A DNA stretch of 64,000 nt from Octopus vulgaris (GCA_951406725.2 OX597828.1:64666001-64730000), one strand, 5' to 3'. Shown: positions 26,970 to 39,376, counted from the first letter of the stretch. A program made the numbers and translations. Notes: generated by a model not told the origin, from the sequence alone.

Positions 26970-29606
26970 TGTCTTGCAAACAACTTGCACATGCAAGTGC
27001 TACCAGTTAAAAGCTCCGTATATCGGAAGCTAGCAAGTGTATGGGGTCATCAGGAGAGAATGCGTGCCGTTTCGGGGCCTACCTCTCGACGGCATCAATG
27101 CGCACCGGCCCCCCTCACTGATATAAGGCCCCGCTTGCTAGATCAGCTGGTTATGAAGAACTGAATATACTTCTAGCCATCGCTCATCGTCTCTTTTTAA
27201 CCAAATCCAGTGGTTAGCCTTCTCCACTGTAGATTGGATATCAGTCATGGTGGTATTGACTTTACGATGAGTTAGGCCTAACGATAACAACAGTCGTCTC
27301 ACGCTGTGTCCTACAAACCCTCTACATCCGACTTCGATAGGAAAATGTTCCGCTTTCCAGCCTGCGCCTTCACATTCCTCGAGGAGGTTTTCATAACGGT
27401 TTAATTTTCGAGCTCGAGCGGCGTCCATATTATCTTCGTGAGAAACCGTTAGCTCGACTATATTTACAACTTTCTTTCGTTCACACCACATCAAAATATC
27501 TGGTTTTTTCGAAACTGGGATGGGAAAGAAAACTTGGCACCCAGGTAAATCTGTAGTTACCTCCCAATAGCCGTTCCACTTTTCATTTTTCTCAGGAAGT
27601 TTCTTGGTCTTCTTCTTGAAACGGATCTGCTGACCTGGTCGCACGAAGGTAATGAACTCTCTTGATGGTACTTTTAACGATTTTTCCTCAGTGTTGTTGA
27701 GATGAATTTGGTTCTTTATAGCATTGAAGATAACCTTAAGGACCAAGTTGTGCCTCCATGTGTACCTGTTCAATGCTAATGAACAGTTGGAAAGAATATG
27801 TTTTAGTGTACCGACTTTTCCACATTTGCAGATGTCATTCTCTAAGACGTTCCATCTTACTAGATTCGTAGGTGAAGGCAAAACATCATACGATGAACGA
27901 ATCAGGAAACTCAGCCGAGATGTCGTCCACTTCCACATCTCATCCCAACTTATCTTCCTCTCAACAACATGTTCTTCCCATCTCGTCATCTGACCTTGAT
28001 GAACACATCGGATCAAATGAAGCTCTCTTCTCTCTGCTTCTCTTGTTTTGACGCTGTTGCTAACAACAGATCTGCGTTCACACGGCTTCATGCTTGCAAA
28101 CGGTGTGAACTGATCTGCGCCAAAACCAAATCCTTTCCGATGGTTCTGCGTTGCTCCCACCATATCTCTGTGTATAAGAGAAGACAAGATGTTGTCAGTT
28201 TCTGCTTCTGCTTTCCACTTCCTGGCTGTTTTCACCTCTGGTGGGTTACGCCTGATTTCCATATCCTTCGATTCTCTCAGCATCATGACCGTCCGTATCT
28301 TCCCCAACTTATATATTTCGACTATTGATGCTATTGGTAACTGCAACGAACCTCTTTTACGATAAAGAGCTGAGCTGTTCAACATACGAGGTAGACCTAG
28401 CCACTTACTAATGAACACATTACATTTTTGTTCAATCTTTTCAACTCGTGACAATGCTACCTCGTATATTAAAAGTGGCCACGCAAGTCGCGGGTACAAG
28501 CCGAACTGCAAGCACCAAATTTTATATTTACCTGGTAACTTCGAAACATCAATCGCTGATAACCCAGCCTCGGCCTGTTTCATAATTTCAATCCCACGAC
28601 TTCTGTCTGACAATGTTCCAGCGTATACTCGTCCCAAGCTCTTGACGGACTCTTCCTTGACTGTTGGAATGCTTTCTTCAGATATTCGAAATTTAAATTC
28701 TTTCTGCACTCCCTTAACAAATGTCAGACTACGCGACTTTTTTGCTCTAAATCGCATCCTTGACCACCTTACAAGTTCGTCTAATCTCAAAAGGGCATTC
28801 TGCATGATTTGTTTATCTGTAGCTAGAAGTGTCACGTCATCCATGAAGGCTTTCTTAGGCGATTGTACATGGGCGATTTGTTCCGAAAAATCTAGACCTT
28901 TCAAAATCAACTCCATGACTAAGATAAACCACGTGACAGATATTGTACAGCCAGCAGCAATGCCAACCTCCAATCGGTGCCAATTTGTTGTAAAATTTCC
29001 AGTTGTAAACCTCATTTCGAAACTTTCATAGTACATCCTCATTATTTTGATCTCTTTGTCAGGAATGTGGAAGTGGTCCATGGCTGTTATGAGTAATTTG
29101 TGTGGCACTGAACCATACGCGTTAGCTAGGTCGAGCCATACCACGTTCAGATTTTTCTTGTTCTGTTTGGCATCCTGGATCGCTTTCCAAATCGAAAAAC
29201 AGTGTTCAACGCATCCAGGGATCCCGGGGATTCCGGCCTTTTGAACAGATTCATCAACATATCCGTTACTCTGTAAATATACCACTGTTCTCCTCGACAG
29301 AATTCCCATAAAGATCTTGCCTTCCACATTCAATAAGGATATCGGCCTAAACTGTTTTATGGTTTTTGCATTGGCCTCTTTCGGCAGGTATATACCTTCT
29401 GCCTTACACCAATCCTCTACTATAGTCTCCTCGCGCCACAGTTGTCGGATTAGGACGAAGAGCTTCTTTCGCAGACGATTGCAGTATTTGTAGACTTTAT
29501 ATGAGACGCCATCACTTCCTGGGGCACTCTTTGCTCTAGCTTTTCTTACGAAGTCATTCATCTCTCTCTCCCTGATGTCCCCAATCTGGAATTCGATATC
29601 AGGTCC
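26970..29606 (-). mobile_element. 5'-truncated RLE-type non-LTR retrotransposon (Hero-like, R2 group)
   Basis: Uninterrupted ORF plus a ~170-nt 3' UTR ending next to (TA)n; recognisable element sequence begins near PDIEF...KARAKSAPG. Confidence 0.9.
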
Positions 29607-29723
29607 TGAGAGATGATTTAGCTCATGTAAAGAGAGTTGGTATGTGAAAGCACGTGGTTGGATGTATAAAAGACAAAAAAGGGTTGTGTTAGAAAAATGT
29701 TGCGTAAAGCGAAGACATGACAT
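27138..29723 (-). CDS. Reverse transcriptase / CCHC finger / restriction-like endonuclease polyprotein (first ~40 aa probably read from flanking DNA)
   Basis: FRPISLLNVEGK, WLDLANAYGSVPH, GIAAGCTIS, AFMDD, CKCGKVGTLKHILSNC, WRHN, KPDI..VELTV..K..Y and PIEVGCRG; 861 codons with no stop. Confidence 0.92.
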   Translation of the reverse strand: MSCLRFTQHFSNTTLFCLLYIQPRAFTYQLSLHELNHLSGPDIEFQIGDIREREMNDFVRKARAKSAPGSDGVSYKVYKYCNRLRKKLFVLIRQLWREETIVEDWCKAEGIYLPKEANAKTIKQFRPISLLNVEGKIFMGILSRRTVVYLQSNGYVDESVQKAGIPGIPGCVEHCFSIWKAIQDAKQNKKNLNVVWLDLANAYGSVPHKLLITAMDHFHIPDKEIKIMRMYYESFEMRFTTGNFTTNWHRLEVGIAAGCTISVTWFILVMELILKGLDFSEQIAHVQSPKKAFMDDVTLLATDKQIMQNALLRLDELVRWSRMRFRAKKSRSLTFVKGVQKEFKFRISEESIPTVKEESVKSLGRVYAGTLSDRSRGIEIMKQAEAGLSAIDVSKLPGKYKIWCLQFGLYPRLAWPLLIYEVALSRVEKIEQKCNVFISKWLGLPRMLNSSALYRKRGSLQLPIASIVEIYKLGKIRTVMMLRESKDMEIRRNPPEVKTARKWKAEAETDNILSSLIHRDMVGATQNHRKGFGFGADQFTPFASMKPCERRSVVSNSVKTREAERRELHLIRCVHQGQMTRWEEHVVERKISWDEMWKWTTSRLSFLIRSSYDVLPSPTNLVRWNVLENDICKCGKVGTLKHILSNCSLALNRYTWRHNLVLKVIFNAIKNQIHLNNTEEKSLKVPSREFITFVRPGQQIRFKKKTKKLPEKNEKWNGYWEVTTDLPGCQVFFPIPVSKKPDILMWCERKKVVNIVELTVSHEDNMDAARARKLNRYENLLEECEGAGWKAEHFPIEVGCRGFVGHSVRRLLLSLGLTHRKVNTTMTDIQSTVEKANHWIWLKRDDERWLEVYSVLHNQLI

Positions 29724-29738
29724 GATATAAAAAAATTT

Positions 29739-29777
29739 GAGAAATTTGAAAAGAAAATACGAAACCGGTTATTTCTC
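29739..29777 (+). ncRNA. Minimal hammerhead-like motif, U3-A8 core, 1-bp stem II
   Basis: gagaaat-UUGAAAA-G aaaaua C-GAA-AC CG GU-U-atttctc; 7-bp stem I and palindromic stem III. Confidence 0.5.
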
Positions 29778-29990
29778 CAAAACTATGTTACTATACGCAA
29801 AATTTTCTAACATTTTTCTAACATAACGATTTAAATATATTCTTTAACCATATAACACAAGCGTTCTATAGTTTTTTCACTCTATTTTGTCTTATATATA
29901 TATATATATATATATTTGTTTTTACACACACACATACACACATAAATATACATTATACATATACATATACATACCTACATACATATATGT

Positions 29991-30065
<75 letters not shown>

Positions 30066-30117
30066 TATACATATATATATATATACATATATATACATAT
30101 ATATATATGTATATATG

Positions 30118-30165
<48 letters not shown>

Positions 30166-30608
30166 TATTTTATTGTTCTACTTTTGATAAGTAGTTTGTT
30201 TGGCTAATATATTTTGCATTATTGTACTTGCTACACAGATATTGATCTAAGCTTGTCCTGTTCCTTGTACATAGTTCGAGGAAGTTGTTTACGAGAGGTA
30301 CTGTTTCATTAATAGTTATTAAATTTTTTTTTGGGTGTGATATCATGTTTGTGGTATGATTTTGATTGCGAAGCAAGGTCTCTATTTGTATATGTTTGTT
30401 AATTTGTCTGACTGTCCTTTTGGGAATTAGCTCTGTGTTATGAATACTATTTTGTAACTATAAGTTATCATTATTTGTTTACTTTTTCTGTTATGTGTAG
30501 TAATGAACTGGTCGATTCCCAGACAGCGATTATATCTTTTACGCTGTGGACACCACCGGATCGAATGCTACTGTTCGGGTACCGAAAACATAAAGACATA
30601 AAGATATT

Positions 30609-30838
30609 CTATTTCTTTACTACCAACAAGGGGCTAAACACAGAGAGGACAAACAAGGACAGACAAACGGATTAAGTCGATTATATCAACCCTAGTACGT
30701 AACTGGTAATTATTTAATCGACCCCGAAAGGAGGAAAGGCAAAGTCGACCTTGGCGGAATTTGAACTCAGAACGGAGCGGCAGACGAAATACGGCTAAGC
30801 AGTTCGCCCGGCGTGTTAACGACTATGTCAGCTCACCG
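30609..30838 (-). mobile_element. SINE family B
   Basis: Reverse-complement match to 4180-4344, plus the tRNA-like head. Confidence 0.85.
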
Positions 30839-31139
30839 AATAAAGATATTCGTTGGAGCAGCTGCTTACGGGAATGTATGTTTTTTATGCTTGATTAGGA
30901 ATTTTTGATATCTCAGTTCCATTGTTCCGGGTTGACCTTCATTCTTGTAAAGTGGAAATTGTTTTGGGATTCATAATTTGTGGGGATGGCTTACTCTGGG
31001 GCTGCTTAGTTTTCTTCATAATTAACCTAATTAGGCTTGGACAATGCTTTGATATATACATAACCGTTTGATATATACATAAGGAGTGGCCTTGCTTTTC
31101 GCTTTTTGAGCCAAAAAATTAACTTAACTTAATTTACCT

Positions 31140-31528
31140 AAGTAGCTTGCTTACCAACCACATGGTTCCGGGTTCAGTCCCACTGCGTGGCATCTTGGGC
31201 AAGTGTCTTCTACTATAGCCTCGGACCGACCAAATCCATGTGAGAGGATTTGGTAGACGGAAACGGGAAGAAGCCCGTCGTATATATGTATGTGTGTTCA
31301 TATGTTTCTGTGTCTGTGTTTGCCCTCCCCACCAATATCGCTTGACAACCGATGGGGGTGTGTTTACGTCCCCGTAATTTAGCGGTTCGGCAAAAGAGAC
31401 CGATAGAATAAATACTAGGCTTCCAAAGAATAAGTCCTGTGGTTGATTTGCTCGACTAAAGGCGGTGCTACAGCATGACCGCAGTCAAATGACTGAAACA
31501 ACTAAAAGAGTAAAAGAGAGTAAAGAGT
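31140..31528 (+). mobile_element. SINE family A
   Basis: Full body with tail gactgaaacaactaaaagagtaaaagag. Confidence 0.9.
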
Positions 31529-32100
31529 ATAACTATTGGTGCCTAGTTTTGGGAGGTTCTGTGGAATATATATTAACCTGTGTTCTTATGCTATAATAAA
31601 AACTATTTTGCAAGCACAAGTTTATCATTATTTAAATAGAATGACATTGAAGATGGCTTCGAAGGTACTGTCAGTTGACTCTGATGATGTTTTAGCCGGC
31701 GAAGATTTGAAATTCCCTGTCACAGTGTGTGCGTGTTTGTGTGTGTGTGTGTCTGTCTGTCTGTCTGTCTTTGTATATATATAAATTTCTATATAAATAA
31801 GGATAAGATTGTTATTTTAAATAGCGATCAAATCAAGTGGTAGTAATGGGAAGAAAGAAACGTAAAGGTTATAATAATTATCAAAATTATAAATAAGGGT
31901 TATCTAAGAGACACATGCTTGAAATAGCGGTCAAAACCTGACTGTAAAAACATATCGAATATTCAATAGAACACAAGGTGGAAAGACAAATAGACAAATA
32001 AAACCAGTAGAAACTGGATAATTTCAGACTCTGGGTTTCTGCCTCTATATAAAGCCATACTTTAAATATACTTTATATATCTTTATATATATATATATAT

Positions 32101-32936
32101 CATCACAATCAAGGAATGGCCATAACAGGCCATTCACCCACTAGAAATAACAGCCAAAGCTTCAACCGCAAAATAACATTAATTCCGCAAACCAGGAGAA
32201 AATTAAAAAAACATTTACCCTGTAATTTCTTATACGATGCACCGTTTCATCTATTGTTTAATGGTAAACTAACCTGATTAAATTAAATCAAGCCAATCTT
32301 CCATAGGCCGATAGATTCGTCAGTAAGAAACAGCCAGATCCGAGCAGATATTATCACGAGGCACCTCTATCCCTGCCTCGGCAATATCTGACCTAAAATT
32401 TTCAAATCATCGCAAATAAATTCTACGAAATTTGTTGCCACCCTATATTGATTAATTATGAATTTTCTGGTTAATTCCGTAATGGAATCGGCGGCTTATA
32501 TTTGCTGCCGATAAATTTGGCGCGAGTGCGATGATTTGAAAATTTTAGGTCAGATATTGCCGAGGCAGGGATAGAGGTGCCTCGTGATAATATCTGCTCG
32601 GATCTGGCTGTTTCTTACTGACGAATCTATCGGCCTATGGAAGATTGGCTTGATTTAATTTAATCAGGTTAGTTTACCATTAAACAATAGATGAAACGGT
32701 GCATCGTATAAGAAATTACAGGGTAAATGTTTTTTTAATTTTCTCCTGGTTTGCGGAATTAATGTTATTTTGCGGTTGAAGCTTTGGCTGTTATTTCTAG
32801 TGGGTGAATGGCCTGTTATGGCCATTCCTTGATTGTGATGTTGAACTTATAAATGGTCTATGACTATTTAATTTTTTCCCACTAGGCCGCTGGTGGCAAA
32901 TAAATTCTACGAAATTTTTTGCCACCCTATATTGAT

Positions 32937-32939
<3 letters not shown>
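32101..32939. mobile_element. Young fold-back hammerhead element: 314-bp inverted arms plus a 44-bp direct terminal repeat, in (TA)n
   Basis: 32101-32414 is the reverse complement of 32527-32840 (no mismatch seen); 32412-32455 equals 32896-32939 (1 mismatch). Confidence 0.92.
32611..32715 (+). ncRNA. Type I hammerhead ribozyme, canonical core, long stem II insert (mirror copy 32226-32330, -)
   Basis: tttctta-CUGACGA-AUCUAU...AUAGAU-GAA-ACGGU gc AUCGU-A-taagaaa; predicted cleavage after A32708. Confidence 0.88.
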
Positions 32940-33025
<86 letters not shown>

Positions 33026-33027
<2 letters not shown>

Positions 33028-33210
33028 AGGCGCAATGGCCCAGTGGTTGGAGCAGCGGACTTGCAGTCGTAGAATCGCGGTTTCGATTCCCAGACCGGAC
33101 ATTGTGAGTGTTTATTGAGCGAAAACACCTAAAGCTCCACGACGCTCTGGCATGGGGTGGTGGCAATCCCTGCTGTACTCTTTCGCCACAACTTTCTCTC
33201 ACTCTTTCTT
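33026..33210 (+). mobile_element. SINE family C, 5' part
   Basis: ggaggcgcaatggcccagtggttggagcagcggacttgcagtcg...ggtttcgattccc. Confidence 0.85.
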
Positions 33211-33302
33211 CTGTTGTGTCTGGGGAGAGTCATTTTTCTTTTTGTTCGTTATAATGTAACACACTCACCGGTAAATTTCCACTTTTTCTTATTTTTTGTT
33301 TT

Positions 33303-33340
33303 CCAAAAATTTTCGTTGCGTCTTGCAATCTTTTCAATAG
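33303..33340 (-). ncRNA. Degenerate hammerhead-like motif, U3-A8 core, in a repeat (33208-33375) shared with 52160-52377
   Basis: Minus strand reads cta-UUGAAAA-ga UUGC aagac GCAA c-GAA-AAUU-U-tgg. Confidence 0.4.
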
Positions 33341-33648
33341 TCTTGACGCTGTCCGTTATTTACACTGCGTTCCTTTTTGTTTGTTTGTGCGCATGTGCGT
33401 GGGTCAGTGTGTGTGGCTATACATGCATGTACACACTTATGTATGTATGTATGTATGTATGTATGTATGTATGTATGTATGTATGTATGTATACATTTGT
33501 GTGTATGCATATGTATATATTATGTATGTGTGTGCATCTTTATGTATGTATTCTGCATATTCATGTTCTTGCATGTCCGTGTTTTTGTATTTTTTATGCA
33601 TGTGTGTGTGTGTGAGCGTGTGTTTGTATATGTATGCACCTCTGTCTC

Positions 33649-33682
<34 letters not shown>

Positions 33683-33842
33683 GCAACTATGTACCATGTT
33701 TGTATGTGTGGATGTGAATCTGTATATGTGTGGAGCCGTGTCTCCGTATGTGTCTTTACTCCACAAAACGATACATTTTGAGACTCCTTTATTGAGCAAA
33801 GCCGGTGTTTCTTAGTGCCCTTGGTATATATAATTGTTACTA

Positions 33843-34205
33843 TTTACTCTTTTACTCTTTTACTTGTTTCAGTCATTTGACTGCGGCTTTAGTCGAGCAA
33901 ATCGACCCCAGAACTTATTCTTCGTAAGCCTAGTACTTATTCTATCTGTGTCTTTTGCCGAACCGTTAAGTTATGGGGACGTAAACACACCAGCATCGGT
34001 TGTCAAGCGATGTTGGGGGGGCAATCACAAACACACAAACATATACACACACACATACACACATATCTATACATACACATATACGACGGGCTTCTTTCAG
34101 TTTCCATCTACCAAATCCACTCCCAAGGCTATAGTAAAAGACACTTGCCCAAGGTGCCATGTGGTTGGTAATCAAGCTACTTACCACACAGCCACTCTTG
34201 CGCCT
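33843..34205 (-). mobile_element. SINE family A with internal deletions
   Basis: Reverse-complement match to family A. Confidence 0.85.
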
Positions 34206-34599
34206 ATATATAAATACATGTAATTTTTAAATATATCTGTTAATTTTACCTATTCGGTTTGAAGTATGCGGCCACTAACATTGTTATCCCTCATGAGTAA
34301 TAATGTTCTTTATATATTTACACACACAGAGATTTGGATCGTGGTGTACGAGAATACAAGCATGTACGTAAACATCTAAAGATTGTTTCATAATAACGTC
34401 GTTATTATTCAACTCCAGGTTTCTTATAACCACCTGCTTGTTATAAACATGCTGTATCCAGTACTATATCATTTATTATCCTCCATATTTTCTTTAGGTC
34501 GATAATGTGTCACTTGTGGAGAAGATTCTGTTTCTATGTCCGGCTGTATGAAAGCCAATGTAATGTCTCGCTCGTTGACTCGAAGTAGCTATATATGGT

Positions 34600-35135
34600 G
34601 TAATAACATAGCATTAAGTTTTTTTAAACTCCGACGTCTGGCAGCTGACTTGGCAGACACCCATAAAATTATTAACCATCTTACAAACAATAACTCTGAG
34701 CACCTTTTCAAACTCCATCTGTCTAACACCTATGGACATGCTTACAAAGTCAGAAAACAGCACCGCTCCCATGACTTTCGGAAAGATTTTTTCACGCTAT
34801 GAGTTGCTGAAACATGGAACAAACTGCCGGCATCAGTTGTTAGTTGTCGGAGCACTGCATCCTTCAAAACTTCCATGTTTCCTGAGATTTGCCAACACTA
34901 CACCTGATTTTCTCCCCTCCATACACACGCAAGCATGTATCTGACTCATACACTGTTCACTTCCCAGACATTTGTACATTACTGCATATACTCTATACGC
35001 ACTTTTGACAAGTTGTAGCGCACCTGAGCACTGTATACAATAATTTCATTATTATTATTATCATCATTATTATTATTATTATTGTTGTTGTTGTTGTTGT
35101 TGTTGTTGTCGTTGTTGTTGTTATTATTATTATTA
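34600..35135 (+). mobile_element. CR1-like LINE 3' end with (ATT)/(GTT)n tail
   Basis: RRLAADLADTHKII...TYGHAYKVRK...RKDFFTL*VAETWNKLPASVVSCRSTASFK. Confidence 0.8.
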
Positions 35136-35957
35136 AACATGTCTTCTAGAGAAGATGATTCATCTTTTAATACATTTAACTGACTAGCTCGTTTTACGTT
35201 GTAGCTGACTTCTTGCACATTTTAAACTGATAATGATGTATGTTATGTTTTAATATAAACATCATCTATATTCATTACATAGCCAATATGTCAGTCATCA
35301 CTATTTCCCACTTTAGCACTCTTGAAAACCTAATAAACGTGATAGGAGAGATATTTCAAGTTCTGATGGAACAAGTAATCAAATGTTGTTCACCCACGTT
35401 CCGCACACCAATGGCTTGTCAGATACATTTGACGAATTTAAAATAACTTACAGTGATTCCACCTATTCAATGCAGCCTCTTGTAGGATAGAAAATAGAAT
35501 TCTTGTGAGAGTAATAATGGGGAGAGAAAAATGAAAAGAAAAGGGACATGAAATCGGAAGCAGTGTTATGGGATGCTATGATGAGTTCCATACTTCACTG
35601 TGTTTTAGGAGCACTTGTAAAAATTACATGTTGTGCATTACGAGAAAATCAGTTTTGTAGAGCTGATACCTCTCGAAACCGGATCCAAAACAACGAAACT
35701 CTTGCCAGTTATTCAACTGTTACTGCTTGTAGTTGTGGAGGTCTGTTTGTACTTTGTATCAGAGTATACAAATAGAGTAACTCTTTGTAAGTGCCACTAG
35801 GCATTAGATACATTATAGTGTAAATTAGTGATTCCAAACTATGTTTTAGCACGTTGCCCACTCTTTGAAATCTTTAATTTTCCTGTGGTCCCTAGAAATT
35901 ATTAGGTAAAATGTACATCAGGTGTTTATATATATATATATATACATTTAATTAGGG

Positions 35958-36115
35958 TTAAGCAACAGGTTGCTTAAACAAGTACCGAAATTTTTGAAAT
36001 AGCAGCCAAAGACCGCTTATTCCTATTTACTACAGCTATAGCTAGTAAATAGGAATATGCGGCCTTTGACTGCTATTTCTAAATTTTCAGTATGTGGTTA
36101 AGCAACATGTTGCTT
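35958..36115. repeat. Short fold-back element carrying the TTGRCTGCTATTTC box in both arms
   Basis: ttaagcaacaggttgctta...gaaatagcagccaaag...tattcctatttacta versus tagtaaataggaata...ctttgactgctatttc...ttaagcaacatgttgctta. Confidence 0.75.
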
Positions 36116-36222
36116 ATGTATGTCTGTATGTATGTATGTATTGTGTGTGTGTGTGACCGCGTGTGTATCGTTGGCGATTTTCTTTCTCCGTCTTCCCTTC
36201 CTTGGACCGTTCCTTTTTCTAT

Positions 36223-36257
36223 GTTTCTGACGAAGAGCTCCGCTCGAAACGTTAAAT
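36223..36257 (+). ncRNA. Minimal PLE-type hammerhead (loopless palindromic stem III)
   Basis: gttt-CUGACGA-a-GAGC ucc GCUC-GAA-ACGU-U-aaat, within a ~190-bp repeat (36165-36357) between microsatellites. Confidence 0.75.
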
Positions 36258-36354
36258 CTTCCTTCTTTCTTTCCTTTCCTGAGCGTCCAATAACACTATA
36301 CGTGTTCCATGTCCTCACGTTGTTGTGTTTTCTCTTTGTTCATGTGTGTATTAA

Positions 36355-36435
<81 letters not shown>

Positions 36436-36791
36436 AATGTTAAGAGTAGAAACAATTAATTCTTAGGGAATTTTAAAAAATGCTTTGATAAATACAAAAT
36501 TTGTAAAATTCCTCAAAGAATATTAAATATTAATTGTTTCAATTAGTTTCATCATCATAAAATTTATTTCTATTAATATTTAAAAAATGATCATTTATAC
36601 TGAAAATTTTATAACAAAAATTAATAAATATTATTATTTTTTTTTTGCTTCGAAAATGGCCTGTTTCTACTATTATTAGAATGAATTCCATAAAAATGTC
36701 AATGGCTAAGAATTGTACACTTTATCTTTTATTCTCTTTTCACAAATACAAAAGTACTTTGTTAGTTCAATACATCATTAATTCATAGTTC

Positions 36792-37188
36792 ATTTCTATA
36801 TTGCCCACAGGGGGCTAAACATAGAGGGGACAAACAAGGAGATTATATCGACCCCAGTGATTTACTGGTACTTATTTAATCGACCCCGAAAGGATGAAAG
36901 GCAAAGTCGACCTCGGCGGAATTTGAACTCATAACGTAACGGCAGACGAAATACCTATTTCTTTACTACCCACAAGGGGCTTAACATAGAGGAGACAAAC
37001 AAGGACAGACAGACGGATTAAGTCGGTTATATCGACCCCAGTGTGTAGCTGGTACTTATTTAATTGACTTCGAATAGATGAAAGATAAAGTCGATCTCGG
37101 CGGAATTTGAACTCAGAACGTAGAAGCAGACGAAATACAGCTAAGCATTTCGCCTGGCGTGCTAACGTTTCTGCCACCTCGCCGCTTT
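36792..37188 (-). mobile_element. SINE family B, partial tandem dimer
   Basis: Full copy 36955-37188 followed on the minus strand by a second, head-less copy 36792-36954. Confidence 0.85.
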
Positions 37189-38242
37189 TCAATAATTCAT
37201 AATCTTATACTATTTTTCTGATATAACACGTGTAAGAAAAAATATTCTAAAACACAGGAAATTAATAGCTGTTAAAAATGATTATATTCTGAGCTCTAAA
37301 ATAATGTCCTATCTATTTTACGTTACGTATTCAGTGAAATCGTTGTGACTGACACAGCTTCACACGTTTTTCAGTGTCAGGGTCTCTAGTTGTTTGACAC
37401 ATAGGAATACCATTTCTACCAGCAATTTCTAAGCGTTCGCAAGATTTTAATGGGAGGAAAGATACTCAGCTAAAAGATACTTGACTTGGCAAAAAGTAGG
37501 AAGGTCAACGGAATATGCCAGAGCTGTAGGGATTTTATTAAAAAAATTCACTATTTCTCCGTAAGTTGTTGAGCCTATGATTAAATTTAATTTGAGTAGT
37601 TTCATTACTTTGCAATGGAATAATTATTTCTTGTTGTCTGACATCAACATTAGCTGCATTTGTTCCAAATATACACAACATAGAATGTTTATTTCCAGGA
37701 GATCTTTGAACTTCATTTCCATATCATTGAGCAGCAATGTTTTCAAGTAAGTTAAAATACCCCCCTCTTGCAGCTCTACTTCTCAATAGTGACACAATCT
37801 ATAACATGCATCAAGTTTTTACACACAATATTCCATTCTGAGTAAATTACGTTTTCTGAAGAAAGCAGCGGTAGCCTCTCTGGAATTAAAATATTTGTAT
37901 TTTTGCCTTCTAGCTGTTTTTTAACGAATTTATCTACTGAAATATATCCAAAAGGCAGAATATTTCAAGATAAGCGGCTAGAATAACTTCTCCAAGCTGC
38001 AAAACAACCTTGTCAAAAAAGCCCAATGAATCGATGCAGTCGCTTGTTCATAGAGACGTCACTGAATGAATGTGGATGTGCAATGCAATAAGATAATATT
38101 CAATTTATAGAAGATTTTCCAACACCATGTCGATTCTTTATTCATCAATAATAAATAATTGTTCAAGTGTCAAATGAATTCATCTTTTCTGTTATGACGT
38201 AAGTTAAGATATAGAAAATGCATTATGTGTATATGTGTCCAT

Positions 38243-38653
38243 ACTCTTATACTTGTTTCAGTCATTTGACTGAGGCCATGCTGGAGCACCGGCTTTAGTC
38301 GAGCAAATCGACCCCAGGACTTATTCTTTGTAAGCCTAATACTTATTCTATCGGTCTCTTTTGCCGAACCGCTAAGTTACGGGGACGTAAACACACCAGC
38401 ATCGGTTGTCAAGCGGTGTTGGGGAGACAAACACAGACACACAAGCATATACATACATACATATACATATATATACATATATATATATACGACGGGCTTC
38501 TTTCAGTTTCTGTCTACCAAATCTACTCACAAGGCTTTGCTTAGCCCGAGGCTATAGTAAAAGACACTTGCCCAAGGTACCACGCAGTGGAATGAACCCG
38601 GAACCATGTGGTTGGTAAGCAAGCTACTTACCACACAGCCACTCCTACGCCTA
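38243..38653 (-). mobile_element. SINE family A
   Basis: Reverse-complement match to family A, full length. Confidence 0.9.
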
Positions 38654-39294
38654 TGTTTGCTTTTGTCTATAAATTGTAAGAAGGTAGAGACAGTACTGCA
38701 AAATTTTAGGACCAAACAAGTATTTGTGATGCTTCCTTCACTCAGCCTGTAGCCTTCTTCATTGAGTATATAACTTTCCATTTCCCAAATTTTTCTATGG
38801 CCATAAAGAACTTTATCTACGCCTCTGAGAAGCACGTGTGTAAATGATTGGACATGAATCTCATATCTTGTGGTTAATTGTCTGTCACTGTATCAGTTAG
38901 GTTAACTGTAATATATCCTGTTAACCGTAAGGACAATTATTTCTGTAAATTCCAAGCCAGTTATATTCACCTTGATGTGTGGAAACAAATTATATAACTT
39001 CCGAGCTCGAAAAGCAACGAGAAACTATATGCATATTTTGCTCTGGTTTGTAGAGTTTAACATTTAATTTACACCCGAAATGCTCTCAGTCTCATCTCAC
39101 TTAAATAAAGACGGGAATTTCCTGATAGCAACATTACTACGCAGAAATGTATTAGGGAAAAGCTCGGGAAAGTAACAAAATCACTGTGATATCTAGTTGA
39201 TAACTGATAAAAGAAAATGTCCAATGGGGTAAGCTGCATGTGAAATAATGTGCACGCATAAATCCACACCCATATGCACACAACCAACCGCGAA

Positions 39295-39376
<82 letters not shown>

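Noticed and set aside
27040-27080. GAAAC...CUGAUGA in the Hero-like 3' UTR as a permuted hammerhead
   Set aside because: The required stem II and stem I pairings are absent; the pseudoknot reading fits better.
29607-29723. N-terminal MSCLRF... of the 861-aa ORF as the true start
   Set aside because: It does not resemble the element protein and overlaps a neighbouring repeat; treated as read-through past a 5' truncation.
30180-31110. A-rich minus-strand sequence that may be decayed PLE coding DNA
   Set aside because: No unambiguous motif could be recovered by eye.
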